DNA of 64,000 nucleotides from contig CAYTGV010000002.1 in NCBI GenBank assembly GCA_964437495.1, positions 87,582 through 151,581 on the forward strand, read 5' to 3'. This DNA comes from an uncultured Planctomycetia bacterium. Its GTDB lineage: Bacteria > Omnitrophota > Gorgyraeia > B26-G9. Shown here piece by piece: positions 9,942 through 19,890 of the stretch. Position 1 is the stretch's first letter; each line of letters begins with the position of its first letter. The notes beneath the pieces are model-generated. The model did not search any database and was not told where the DNA came from. It saw only the letters and a list, made by a program, of their open reading frames with translations. A program made the position numbers and the translations under genes.

Positions 9942-12900
9942 TTAGTTTGCTTTCTCCTGTACCGGAAAATAAACCTTGCTAGGACCTTCTCCCCTGGATT
10001 TTATTAAATCACTTGCCACCAACTCCTCAAGCTCTCTGTCTGCTATTGGTAAGGGAACTTTAAATTTTACAACATATTCAAGGCGAGTAATCTTACCTGT
10101 TTGCCGAATAAACTCAAGGGCCTGTAACTGACTCTGACTTAATCCCTTTTCCTTATTTTCCTTCGCTTGTTCATCTTCCTCTAGCAATTGATCTTCCTGA
10201 TCCTCTTCTATTTCTTCTGCCTGAATGAAAGCCGCATCATTTGGCTTTCTTTTCATCAATTGGGTTACATCAATTTCCTCAATAATTGTTCTCTTCGGAT
10301 ACAGCAAAACCCTCTCCTCTTCATCTTCCTTTATAGGTTGGAAAAAGCCCATAACCCATTCTTTAAGAGTTTCAAGAATGATATAAACACAGGGAACAAT
10401 AAATAAAGTAAGAAATGCAGCGCTAGTCAATCCACCCATTACAGTTCTAGCCATAGGAGCACGCAGCTCTGAGCCCTCGCCCAAGGCAAAAGCCAGGGGC
10501 ATAAGCCCGAATATTGTCGTCAATGAAGTCATTAAGATCGGTCTTACTCTGACTCGGCTAGACTGAATTGCCGCTTCGAATATGCCCAACCCCTGCTTAC
10601 GGGCAAGGTTCATGAAATCAATTAAGAGAATTCCATTATTAACAACAATCCCTCCCAGCATTATAAATCCCAAAGCAACTACTACACTCAAAGGAGTTTT
10701 TGTGAAAAATAATGTCCAGCTTACGCCGATCAAAGACAAGGGAACAGTAAACATGATGATAAACGGCTGTATCAAAGATTCAAATTCAGATGCCATGATC
10801 ATATATACCAGTAATAAAGCTAAAATAAGCGCAAACTGCAGGCTTTTAAAGGATTCTTCCATTTCCTTATTTTCTCCGCCTATCTCAACACTATAATTTT
10901 GAGGCAATTCCGCTTTAATATTCGAAATGATCTCCTTTGCTTCATCAACGATTTCGTTTAACCCTCGATCATAGATATTTGCACTTACAAATACTACCCG
11001 CTGTTTGCTCTCTCTCTTTATCTCAGTAGGCCCTTTGCCTTTAGCAAGATAAGCCAGCTGATCCAAAAATATATGTACGCCTAAAGGAGAAAACACCAAA
11101 AGTTTACCTATTTTCTGAAAACTTCCGCGGTCCTCTTCTCTTAACCTAACGCGTACATCGATCTCTCTGCCCTCTTCCTTAAATTTTGTAGCTACATACC
11201 CGCGGATTCCTGCTTGGGCTACAGCAGAAATCTTATTCACATTAAGCTGATAAAGCGACGCTCTGTCCTTTCTTATATGAATTTTAACTTCCGGACTGGG
11301 CGGGGTCAGACTGTCCTTGACACCATAAACTCCTTGTATTTTTTTAAGCTGTTTTTCTATCTCCTTAGCTGCGGGTATCATAATATTCTCAAGATCAAAT
11401 CCCCTCAACACTATAACCAATGGTGCGCTTCCGGCAAATACAGACTTAAACACGCTCTCTTGTAAGGCATACTCTATCCCAGCATCCTGAAGGTCAATTG
11501 TAGATAAGGCTGATTTTATCTGCTGCACCAGCTCTGCTGTAGCAATATCGTTCTTTTCCTCTCCCTCTTGTGCTTTTTTAAATAAAGACATAATCCCACG
11601 ATTTGGCCTAGGGTGTAGATTAACTATAATATTTGCCTCATTAGCGCCAAGGACTTCTACAGCACCGGCTTTTTTAGATGCCTTAGAAGATCCGATATTA
11701 ACCGTCACATCTCTAACCGGAGAAAAAGACATTACCACATCTTCTATCCTTCGTACAACCACATTAGTTGCTTTTAAGTTAGTCCCGGCCGGCATAGTCG
11801 CTTTGATCATGAACTGCCTTTGATCCAATTTAGGCATAAACTCTTTATCAAGAGAAAGCAAAAGTTTAAAACTAAAAGCTGCCATTAAAAGTGTTATACC
11901 GATGATACCTAAAACTACTAAATATGGGACAGGTCCCTTGAATCTTGTTGAATTTTTTTGTGCTTCTTTTTGTTTGGCTATAATCTCTGCATCTTTATTT
12001 ACCAGAGCAATTTTCACTGCCTTCCCCCGGGACATGAACATAGGAGTCAAACTCATAGCCGTAATGACCGAGGCAATAAGAGAAAATGTTACTGTAAGGG
12101 CCAGCTCTTTAAACAACTGTCCGGCAATACCTACAACAAAAACTAAAGGCAAGAATACGGCAACAGTAGTTAATGTAGAACCCACAACTGCGCTAAAAAC
12201 CTCATCTGAGGCCTCAACAGCCGCAGTTTTAACATCCTTTTTCATTTGCTGGTGACGGTATATATTTTCAATAACAACAATTCCATTATCAACCAACAAG
12301 CCGACCCCAAGCGCCAGGCCTCCTAAAGACATCATATTCAAAGATAATTTTCCGAAAAACATCAGGATAAGAGTAAACAGTATGGATATCGGAATACCGA
12401 TCGTAACTACTATTGCGCTACGGAAATTCCTCAGAAATATAAGTAAAATAATAAAAGCAAGCAAACCTCCCTGCAGAGCATTATCTCTCAACTGTAGAAT
12501 TGACTGTTCAATAAACACAGATTGGTCGTAAACTACCTGAAGGGTTATTTCCTCCGGAAGGGTTTGCCTTAAAATCTTTAACTTTTCATAGATATGCTTG
12601 TTAACAGCAAGTATATTAGCATCCGCCTGCCGCTGTATACTTAAAGAAATATTATCATATCCATTGTATCGGGAAATACTTGTTTGCTCCTTTAAAGTAT
12701 CGATTACCTTTCCCAACTCCCGGATATAGATGACCCTTTTTTTTCTTTCTTTTTCTTCTTTAGTTAATTCCTGCCTGCGATTTTCTTCCTCAGCGGATCG
12801 ATCTTCAATAAGCAGCGGCACATCATACATTTCATCAACAGTGCGAAACTCTCCTATGGTCCTTACCAGATATTCATAAAAACTGGTCTCAATCGTACCT

Positions 12901-13553
12901 GCCGGATAATTCAAATTCGCTGTTTTAAAAAGATCGATAATATCCATTATCGAGACATTGAATGCCCGCAATCGCTGCTGATTAAGATCAATTACTATCT
13001 CTCTCTCCCTGCCGCCGGTCATAACTACCTGAGCCACGCCATCAATCTTTTCCAGCTCATCTTTTATAACCCTGCGAGAAACTTCTCTAAGCTCATAAGG
13101 GGAGAAATATGAACCTTCACTGGTAGCACTTAAGATCATAATCGGAGTATCGAATGGATTATACTTCATTACGATAGGTTCTTCTGCATCACGAGGCAGT
13201 TTCTCTTTGATCAGATCTACTTTTTCACGCACGTTCAAAGCCGCAAAATCCATATTTGTATTCCAATTAAATTCACAGATTACTATGCTTGTGCCTTCTC
13301 TGGAATTTGAACTGACTTTACGCATATTTGAAGCCGCACTTACCGATTCTTCTATAGGACGGGTTATCAATGCCTCTATTTCTTCCGGCGCGGCATTTTC
13401 ATAAGAAGTTATTACAGTTATTTGCGGATAAGTTATAGGCGGAAAAAGTTCTTGAGCAAGCCTGCTCCATGAAATTATCCCCAGAAGGATAACTCCAGTA
13501 GCAAACATTAAAATTGTAACAGGCTTTTTAACCGAAAATCCCGGAAGACTCAT
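9942..13553 (-). CDS. RND efflux transporter permease (AcrB/MdtB-like) with an acidic linker and C-terminal winged-helix-like domain
   Basis: 1203-aa ORF with an RND core. About 190 extra C-terminal residues follow the last TM: an acidic stretch 'EEIEEDQEDQLLEEDEQ', then 'LSQSQLQALEFIRQTGKITRLEYVV...ADRELEELVASDLIKSRGEGPSKVYF'. Confidence 0.85.
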   Translation of the reverse strand: MSLPGFSVKKPVTILMFATGVILLGIISWSRLAQELFPPITYPQITVITSYENAAPEEIEALITRPIEESVSAASNMRKVSSNSREGTSIVICEFNWNTNMDFAALNVREKVDLIKEKLPRDAEEPIVMKYNPFDTPIMILSATSEGSYFSPYELREVSRRVIKDELEKIDGVAQVVMTGGREREIVIDLNQQRLRAFNVSIMDIIDLFKTANLNYPAGTIETSFYEYLVRTIGEFRTVDEMYDVPLLIEDRSAEEENRRQELTKEEKERKKRVIYIRELGKVIDTLKEQTSISRYNGYDNISLSIQRQADANILAVNKHIYEKLKILRQTLPEEITLQVVYDQSVFIEQSILQLRDNALQGGLLAFIILLIFLRNFRSAIVVTIGIPISILFTLILMFFGKLSLNMMSLGGLALGVGLLVDNGIVVIENIYRHQQMKKDVKTAAVEASDEVFSAVVGSTLTTVAVFLPLVFVVGIAGQLFKELALTVTFSLIASVITAMSLTPMFMSRGKAVKIALVNKDAEIIAKQKEAQKNSTRFKGPVPYLVVLGIIGITLLMAAFSFKLLLSLDKEFMPKLDQRQFMIKATMPAGTNLKATNVVVRRIEDVVMSFSPVRDVTVNIGSSKASKKAGAVEVLGANEANIIVNLHPRPNRGIMSLFKKAQEGEEKNDIATAELVQQIKSALSTIDLQDAGIEYALQESVFKSVFAGSAPLVIVLRGFDLENIMIPAAKEIEKQLKKIQGVYGVKDSLTPPSPEVKIHIRKDRASLYQLNVNKISAVAQAGIRGYVATKFKEEGREIDVRVRLREEDRGSFQKIGKLLVFSPLGVHIFLDQLAYLAKGKGPTEIKRESKQRVVFVSANIYDRGLNEIVDEAKEIISNIKAELPQNYSVEIGGENKEMEESFKSLQFALILALLLVYMIMASEFESLIQPFIIMFTVPLSLIGVSWTLFFTKTPLSVVVALGFIMLGGIVVNNGILLIDFMNLARKQGLGIFEAAIQSSRVRVRPILMTSLTTIFGLMPLAFALGEGSELRAPMARTVMGGLTSAAFLTLFIVPCVYIILETLKEWVMGFFQPIKEDEEERVLLYPKRTIIEEIDVTQLMKRKPNDAAFIQAEEIEEDQEDQLLEEDEQAKENKEKGLSQSQLQALEFIRQTGKITRLEYVVKFKVPLPIADRELEELVASDLIKSRGEGPSKVYFPVQEKAN

Positions 13554-13585
13554 GTTTTACCTTATTTATGTGAAAAACAACCAAA

Positions 13586-14767
13586 TTATATTTCACGAAC
13601 CTGAATTTCTGTAATCTGTACCAGCGTACCTGAAGTCAATTGTTCAATATTAGAAATGGCCACCAAATCACCCTCTTTTAAACCTCTAAGAATCTCTATA
13701 TAGTCTGTTGATTCATACCCGGTTTCAACAAGCCTCTCCTGGGCTGTATTTGTCGCTTCATCAATAACATAAACCAAAGATGCATCTTCCAACTTCTTCA
13801 AAGCAATGCGTGGGATGCTGATAACTCCGGGTTTTTCAAAAAGAATAATATCAGCTCTGGCAAACATTCCCGGCATAAGCATCCTGCGTGAATTATCGAT
13901 TTTTATCTCAATAGGCAGTGTTCTTGTCTTATCAGAAAGAGCTGGATAGATATTATCAATAATTCCGTCAAAAGGCAGATCAGGATATCCATCGACATAA
14001 ATACGCGAAAGCTGTCCAATCTTTATTTTCGTCACATCCCTTTCAACTACTCCGACTTCAGCAAAAACAGTATCAATTTCCACAACCTCCATTGCTTTTG
14101 GAGTATACGGAGAGACTAATTCTCCTATTTCAATATTGCGCTCATTTAATACGCAATCCGAGGGCGCATACATTTCGGTTTTTTTAAATTCTTCTCTAGA
14201 GGAAGATATTTCGACTTGAGCCGCCTCAACCTGATGCTTGGCATTACCCGCCTCTGCCTCAACTTCGGAAAGTTTTAATTTATTTATCGCACCAATATTG
14301 TAGAGTTCCCGATGCATCTTAACTTTTTTTTCAGCCTGAGAAAGACTGACCATAGCTCCTTTTAACTTTGCCCGGTTATAATCGATTTTCAAATGTGCCT
14401 CAGCCTGTCTAAGACGGGCAATAAGCTGGCCTTCTTTTATCAAGTCACCCTCCCTAAAACCAATCATATCAATTAGTCCGGTAGCTTCAAAATTCAGTTT
14501 TCTGGTAATCAATCCTTTAATAGATCCCATAGCCGGCAAAAGATCTTCGAATGTTGAACGCGAAATTTTATAAACCTTCAGAGATAGTCCTCTCTTTATA
14601 AACGCTGCTTTTTTGGGCTGCGCATCTATTAGCGTTTTCTGAACAAAATCTTGTTTTCCAGAAAAAGAGTTAAATTTTTCCTTCCATCCGCCCTTTTCGA
14701 CTCCCCACCAAACAACGCCGATGATTATCATTACTACCACTATGAATATAAATATGGAACGCCTCAT
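13586..14767 (-). CDS. Periplasmic adaptor / membrane fusion protein (HlyD/AcrA family)
   Basis: 393-aa ORF with an N-terminal TM, a coiled-coil segment, and lipoyl/beta-barrel-like regions. It sits between the OMF and RND genes. Confidence 0.8.
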   Translation of the reverse strand: MRRSIFIFIVVVMIIIGVVWWGVEKGGWKEKFNSFSGKQDFVQKTLIDAQPKKAAFIKRGLSLKVYKISRSTFEDLLPAMGSIKGLITRKLNFEATGLIDMIGFREGDLIKEGQLIARLRQAEAHLKIDYNRAKLKGAMVSLSQAEKKVKMHRELYNIGAINKLKLSEVEAEAGNAKHQVEAAQVEISSSREEFKKTEMYAPSDCVLNERNIEIGELVSPYTPKAMEVVEIDTVFAEVGVVERDVTKIKIGQLSRIYVDGYPDLPFDGIIDNIYPALSDKTRTLPIEIKIDNSRRMLMPGMFARADIILFEKPGVISIPRIALKKLEDASLVYVIDEATNTAQERLVETGYESTDYIEILRGLKEGDLVAISNIEQLTSGTLVQITEIQVREI

Positions 14768-14803
14768 TTACTTTCCTCCTAAAAGTCATTTTTAAAAATA
14801 TTA

Positions 14804-16972
14804 CTAATTGAAATAATTTATAACTCCAATCGCATGATTCAAACTGACTATAGCTATATTTATCCCTGCTAATGACTCCTGCATAGTTGAATTAGCTTCA
14901 GCCAGCTGGGTTTCAGAATTAATAACATCTGCACCGCGAGCTTCTCCTATTTTTCTTTTTGCTTTTACTATTTCAAGCTGTTTTCTGCGAAATCCAATCT
15001 GGTTCACAGCTAAAGAAAGCTGGCTATTATATCTTAAATATGTATAATAGGCATCTTCTACTTCCTGGCGAATTTTATTTTTCATTTCCACCCTATCTTT
15101 AAGTGCCTGCTTTCGGGTGATCTGAGCTTCTTTAGCCTTTGTAAAATGCGCCAGATTATCCCAAAAAGAAAATTTTGAATTCAATGTCTGCGAGTTTACA
15201 TTTGTATTCGTACTTGTAACCTTAAAAGGTGAAACCTTGTCCCTCTTATAAGAAGTTTCAACCGTATTTCCTCCCAGGAACCACCTGACTTTCCCCATTA
15301 AGGACCATTCTGTGGCAAGATTCAAGCTGCTCTGACTAAAGGACTCTGCGGCCCGGCCATAAGAACCAACGATTGAAACATTAGGCATCTCTTCACTTTT
15401 AATTATATCCTGGCTGAATTTAGCCGCTTTTAATGTCTGCTCGATAATATTAATTTCAACCCTGTGCTCAAAGGCAAGATCAAGACATTCATTCAGATTA
15501 GTTTCAATCTTATGTCTTCCTAGATGAAAATTCATATTTTCAATATTTAAATTTTCAAGAAACATTTCTTTTTCAAGAGTCAGTTTTGCCATTGCATAAC
15601 CGCGTTCTGAATAAGCAACCTGGTAACAGGCCTGATTATAGGAAGCCTGCGCATCTAACAAATCTGCCGGCGTGGCCCAAAAAACAGTAAATTCACTTTC
15701 AACTTCCGTAAGAATTTTTTCCGTATTTTTCTTTAATCTTTGCATAATATCAAGCGTATTCTTTGACATAATAAGTTCATAATATGCCTTGGTAACCTTT
15801 AGGATTAATTCATTTTTCACTCGTTCATAATTGCCTTTTGCAATAAGACCGCCAAGTTGTTCCTTACGTAAAGTTGCGGTTAATTTTCCTCCGGAAAATA
15901 ACAGCTGCTCGCCCTGTAATCCATAAGAACGGCCGCGATAGTTCTCAGTCATTGTTCTTCCGTCTGTCTCATTCCATTCACCCATTAAAGATGGGTAAAA
16001 GCCCCTTCTCGCTTCTCGAATACGTAGATCTGCCAATGCCTGTTGATCTTTAGCAACCTGAAGCGGTATATTAGCAGACAAAGCAAGATTAAGACAATCT
16101 TCAAGCCTGACGATTTTCTCACCAGGAGTAGCCTTACGTATCATAGGTTTCACTTCTGAAGGCATTGATATATCTTTATACAGATTCTTATCGAGAATCT
16201 GTTGGCGTGCTTCAGGCAGGGAACTAATATCTGTTTCTGCCCTCAGCTTCTTATATGCTTTTTCTACTTCAACTCCTGACTCCATACGTTTTTGGGCATC
16301 TTTTCTGATTTTGCTGATCTTTCCTTTACTTTCTTTCTTTATCAATTCAACCCTTTTGATGCGTGTAAATTTATCCAAATGCTCTTTAGCTTTTTTAGCT
16401 TCTATATCTTTAAATTCCTTGAGCCTTACCATACTTTCTCTAGGCCCAAACTCTCTTTCTTTTTTACTCCATTGACTTCTTTTTTCCGGCTCACCTGGAA
16501 AGATAAATAGATCAAGAAATTGCGCATTCCATTGAGAATCAAAATTATATTTGAAAGTTCTGTCCAGTTCTATCAAAATCTCTACCCGTTTGGAGAAAGT
16601 TCTATTATAATCCGTCTTCTCACCCACCACTATTCTTTTAATCCCATCCTCGGCCACCGGCACTTCAATAGGTATATTCTGATATTCATTAAATGTCACC
16701 CTAGACCCTATAAAATTAATGATAAGCCCGCGCGGATTTTTTGACTCAATAATTTTAAACTCAACAGGAGGCTTAGAATGCTCTATATGAATTTGCAATC
16801 CATTATCGATTTTTTTAAGTAAGAACGTTCTTAATTTTGCAGGTTGTTGGGCATAACATATTGAAGTGAAAATGATAACAGAACTAAATGTTAGGAGTAT
16901 CTGTCGGTAGATTTTATGAATAGACACATATTTCATCTTATGCAATTCCCTTTGCAAAATCAATGATTTCAT
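14804..16972 (-). CDS. Outer membrane efflux protein (TolC-like) with an N-terminal AMIN-like domain and a Lys/Glu-rich linker
   Basis: 722-aa ORF. The C-terminal ~420 aa have the outer-membrane-factor (TolC) repeat character. The N-terminal ~110 aa after the signal/TM segment contain '...LIINFIGSRV', resembling an AMIN domain. It is the first gene of the efflux operon. Confidence 0.7.
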   Translation of the reverse strand: MKSLILQRELHKMKYVSIHKIYRQILLTFSSVIIFTSICYAQQPAKLRTFLLKKIDNGLQIHIEHSKPPVEFKIIESKNPRGLIINFIGSRVTFNEYQNIPIEVPVAEDGIKRIVVGEKTDYNRTFSKRVEILIELDRTFKYNFDSQWNAQFLDLFIFPGEPEKRSQWSKKEREFGPRESMVRLKEFKDIEAKKAKEHLDKFTRIKRVELIKKESKGKISKIRKDAQKRMESGVEVEKAYKKLRAETDISSLPEARQQILDKNLYKDISMPSEVKPMIRKATPGEKIVRLEDCLNLALSANIPLQVAKDQQALADLRIREARRGFYPSLMGEWNETDGRTMTENYRGRSYGLQGEQLLFSGGKLTATLRKEQLGGLIAKGNYERVKNELILKVTKAYYELIMSKNTLDIMQRLKKNTEKILTEVESEFTVFWATPADLLDAQASYNQACYQVAYSERGYAMAKLTLEKEMFLENLNIENMNFHLGRHKIETNLNECLDLAFEHRVEINIIEQTLKAAKFSQDIIKSEEMPNVSIVGSYGRAAESFSQSSLNLATEWSLMGKVRWFLGGNTVETSYKRDKVSPFKVTSTNTNVNSQTLNSKFSFWDNLAHFTKAKEAQITRKQALKDRVEMKNKIRQEVEDAYYTYLRYNSQLSLAVNQIGFRRKQLEIVKAKRKIGEARGADVINSETQLAEANSTMQESLAGINIAIVSLNHAIGVINYFN

Positions 16973-17054
16973 CCTGATTAATATAAAATTATTTTATATC
17001 TTATTATATTGTATTTCAATAGGTTAAGTCAATAAAAATAAGCCGTGCAACAAA

Positions 17055-18140
17055 TCAGTACCCAATATGTCCTTGTATATGCCTTTTAATTATTTGAGCA
17101 GTAATCCTATGGCCTTTTTTATTTAAATGGCAGATTCCGCTTGGAACAATCCGCAACTCCTCTAAGTTTACTCCCCTGGATTTAAGGGATTTTTGAAGGT
17201 CTATAGTGAAAAATCCATACTTTTGGGGGCAATCACTTTTTATCCACACATCTATTTGACTTTCTTTTTTTAATTCCGGCACAAGTAAAAGAAAGACTGG
17301 GAAGTTAAATTTAACGGATAGCTCATGAAACTTCTCAAAAGCCCCCTTATTTACCCGCATTGAATCAGCCATATCTTTATAAGCAGCAAACCGATAAGCT
17401 TGCGACGGAAATTTCTCAGGATAGTCATCGCTCAGTCGGTCATACAGCCTCTTATTCAAAACTCTATAAGTCGCCAGATACCTCATTAAAAATCTATCAA
17501 TAAAATGCGGCAAAGAGATAAGTTTAGGAAAATTAGAACTGAAATACTCTCCCATTGAAATAAATACATCTCTTTCACTTAAACTGCTCAATCCTGAGGA
17601 AAAAACCGCATTACGGTAGTAATCATCATTCAGAAACTGCAGAATAACCATATCCGGTTCATAATCAAGTAATTTATTTTTAAGCAATAAAAACTTCTGA
17701 ACCGCATTATAAGAACATACTCCGGCATTCAAAACCTCGTATTTTAAAGTAGCGCCTACTTTGTCATTGAGTAATTTTTCAAGAATTTTCGGATAAGTTG
17801 ATTCAACAAAATATTCAGTACCAAAAGTAACCGAATCCCCCAATACTAAAATTCTAAAAACTCCCTTTGGCTTGGGGATTACAAACTCCCGGTCCCTGAT
17901 CCCCTTTGAATTAATGGCATAAAATCCGTTTTCCGTCTCAGCATTAGCCATCAATTCATAAGACAGTCCAGGGATATCAGATATTCTGTGCAAAACTGGT
18001 TTTGCCTTTTGTAAATAAACTTTTGTATCGAAAAAATATTTTTTTTCTATTGATTTGGAGATTATTTCCATAGAAATAAAAATAACAAGAAAGGTGCTGA
18101 CTAGGATTAGAAGCTTATAAAAATTGAGATTTCTATGCAT
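17055..18140 (-). CDS. SGNH/GDSL-family hydrolase with N-terminal membrane anchor
   Basis: 361-aa ORF with an N-terminal TM and the 'ILVLGDSVTFG' GDSL block. Confidence 0.6.
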   Translation of the reverse strand: MHRNLNFYKLLILVSTFLVIFISMEIISKSIEKKYFFDTKVYLQKAKPVLHRISDIPGLSYELMANAETENGFYAINSKGIRDREFVIPKPKGVFRILVLGDSVTFGTEYFVESTYPKILEKLLNDKVGATLKYEVLNAGVCSYNAVQKFLLLKNKLLDYEPDMVILQFLNDDYYRNAVFSSGLSSLSERDVFISMGEYFSSNFPKLISLPHFIDRFLMRYLATYRVLNKRLYDRLSDDYPEKFPSQAYRFAAYKDMADSMRVNKGAFEKFHELSVKFNFPVFLLLVPELKKESQIDVWIKSDCPQKYGFFTIDLQKSLKSRGVNLEELRIVPSGICHLNKKGHRITAQIIKRHIQGHIGY

Positions 18141-18160
18141 AATGTGAATTAAAATTAAAA

Positions 18161-18587
18161 GAGAGCAAACCTATAAGCCGAGTTCTGTACCCCCAGAATT
18201 CTTCTGAGGTGATGATCATTCATCTTGTTCCCTGAATTACTCCAGGGAATCCTTGCGACCTAACCCGAGGAATAGCAGACGGGCCACCCTCCTCCTATTC
18301 GGTCTTGCTCCACGCAGAGATTGCCTCGTTTCACCCCTCGACTCTTACTTCGTAATCGCTCGGGGTAAACCCCGTTCGACTACTCTCAGAATAAAACCCA
18401 AAGGGTATTCATAATGAGTGAGGCCTGATAAATCAGGCCGAGCCGAAATATCGTCACTGCTGCTCTAATCCGCCCCCATTTAAAAACAAATGAAGGGATG
18501 GGAATTACCCATTACGCTGCCCTTTGGAGCTCGGACTTTCCTCTACACATTTTATTCCTGTGCAGCGACCACCCGGTTTGCTCTCCG
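18161..18587 (-). ncRNA. rnpB: RNase P RNA (bacterial type)
   Basis: On the minus strand the P4 5' strand reads 'GAGGAAAGUCCGAGCUCCAAAGGGCA' and the 3' strand 'ACAGAACUCGGCUUAUAGG'. The P1 helix pairs 'GGAGAGCAAACC' at the 5' end with 'GGUUUGCUCUC' at the 3' end. The region is a local GC-rich island with no ORF. Confidence 0.85.
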
Positions 18588-19007
18588 ATATTCTACTATA
18601 GCTTGCTTAGCTAACTTATCGGCTTCTTTATTGTATTCTCTTCTGACATGTTCAATTGTAAAAAGTTCAAATTTATTAATTAATGACAAAGCCTGCAAAT
18701 TCAATGCCTGTAAGGTCTCATTTTTTACCTTGTATATACCCTTTATCTGCTTGACCACAAGCTCACTGTCACTTTTAACGAACAGCTTTTGCGCACCCAA
18801 TTTATGCGCCTTTTTCAAGGCGGCTACTAATGCGCTATACTCAGCCACATTATTTGTTGCCTGACCAATATATTTTGAAATCGTTTCCTGGTATAGACCT
18901 TTTTTATCTTTAATCACCACACCAATAGATGCATCTCCCGGATTACCTGAACAAGCACCATCAATGCTAGCAATAAGTTCGGTTAGTTTAATTTTCATTT
19001 TCGACAT
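18552..19007 (-). CDS. rnhA: Ribonuclease HI (RNase H fold)
   Basis: The ORF 18552..19031 is the classic RNase HI catalytic core ('IASIDGACSGNPG...EYSALVAALK...NKEADKLAKQA'). The likely start is Met9 ('MSKMKIKL'). Its 3' end overlaps the rnpB 5' end by about 35 nt. Confidence 0.75.
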   Translation of the reverse strand: MSKMKIKLTELIASIDGACSGNPGDASIGVVIKDKKGLYQETISKYIGQATNNVAEYSALVAALKKAHKLGAQKLFVKSDSELVVKQIKGIYKVKNETLQALNLQALSLINKFELFTIEHVRREYNKEADKLAKQAIVEYRRANRVVAAQE

Positions 19008-19695
19008 AAAGAATTCTTGCACAATTTTCACATGTTTTTAACTTGCCTAAACGAAGCTCATTAACAACCTGCGGACGAACTGATCTAAAACATCCAGAGC
19101 AAATATCTCCATTAAGAGGCACAATTGCAATCTCTCCCTTGTTTTCCAGAATACGCTCATATAATTCCAATGTCTTCGGGTCAATCCCTGATTCTATAAC
19201 TCTTTTCCTTGAGGCATTGAACACTGCAAGTTTCTCATTAAGCTGAATTATATCAAGATCAATAGTTGCTTTATTTTTATTAAGTTCTTCCTGCTCCTGG
19301 ACTAATTTTGCATTTTCCTGAGCTATTGACTGCTTGATCTTATCAATCTTTTCCAGCAAAGCAATTATTGCATCTTCAAGCAATGAATTATCTGCATTTT
19401 CTTTCTTTATTTCCAGCTGCAGGGCATATAGTTCCTTATTGGTTTTTACCTGATTTATCTGTGTTTTTTGCTTTTTCACCACAGTTTCTTTAGACTGCAA
19501 TTCAAGTTCTTTTTCTTTATGTTCAAGCTGAATATTTTTAAGAACATTTTCTAATCCTTTAAGCGCAATACTTTGAGCAATAAAATCATCTTCTAATTTT
19601 TTAAGCCTCTTAGGCTTTTCCTTAAGTTCAGATTTTATCTTAAAAATTTCTGCGTCAATTTTCTGTATTTCTTTTAAAGCATCGATATCTTTCAT
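18988..19695 (-). CDS. Coiled-coil protein with C-terminal C4 zinc ribbon (COG1579/DUF164-like)
   Basis: 235-aa ORF with a long coiled coil and a C-terminal 'CSGCFRSV...LKTCENCARILY' zinc ribbon. It overlaps the rnhA start, suggesting translational coupling. Confidence 0.65.
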   Translation of the reverse strand: MKDIDALKEIQKIDAEIFKIKSELKEKPKRLKKLEDDFIAQSIALKGLENVLKNIQLEHKEKELELQSKETVVKKQKTQINQVKTNKELYALQLEIKKENADNSLLEDAIIALLEKIDKIKQSIAQENAKLVQEQEELNKNKATIDLDIIQLNEKLAVFNASRKRVIESGIDPKTLELYERILENKGEIAIVPLNGDICSGCFRSVRPQVVNELRLGKLKTCENCARILYVENEN

Positions 19696-19890
19696 TATCC
19701 AATCCTGTCGTTTGATTTACTTATGCATATGCCCACACTCAAATTAGTTTAACTCTTAATCGTGCCCTGAACCATTAATCACTTTGTCCTTACTCACAGT
19801 TGGTCGACGCTCCCGTCTAGCTATCTCGATTGTACCTACCTGCACGGCGAAGCGCTCAACTTGTTTTGAGTCCATTTTAAAGAACTTTTA

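Noticed and set aside
6770-16972. Efflux operon as a toxin/defence export or novel secretion system
   Set aside because: All four components have standard RND tripartite-pump identities. The unusual parts are appended domains, not a new system class.
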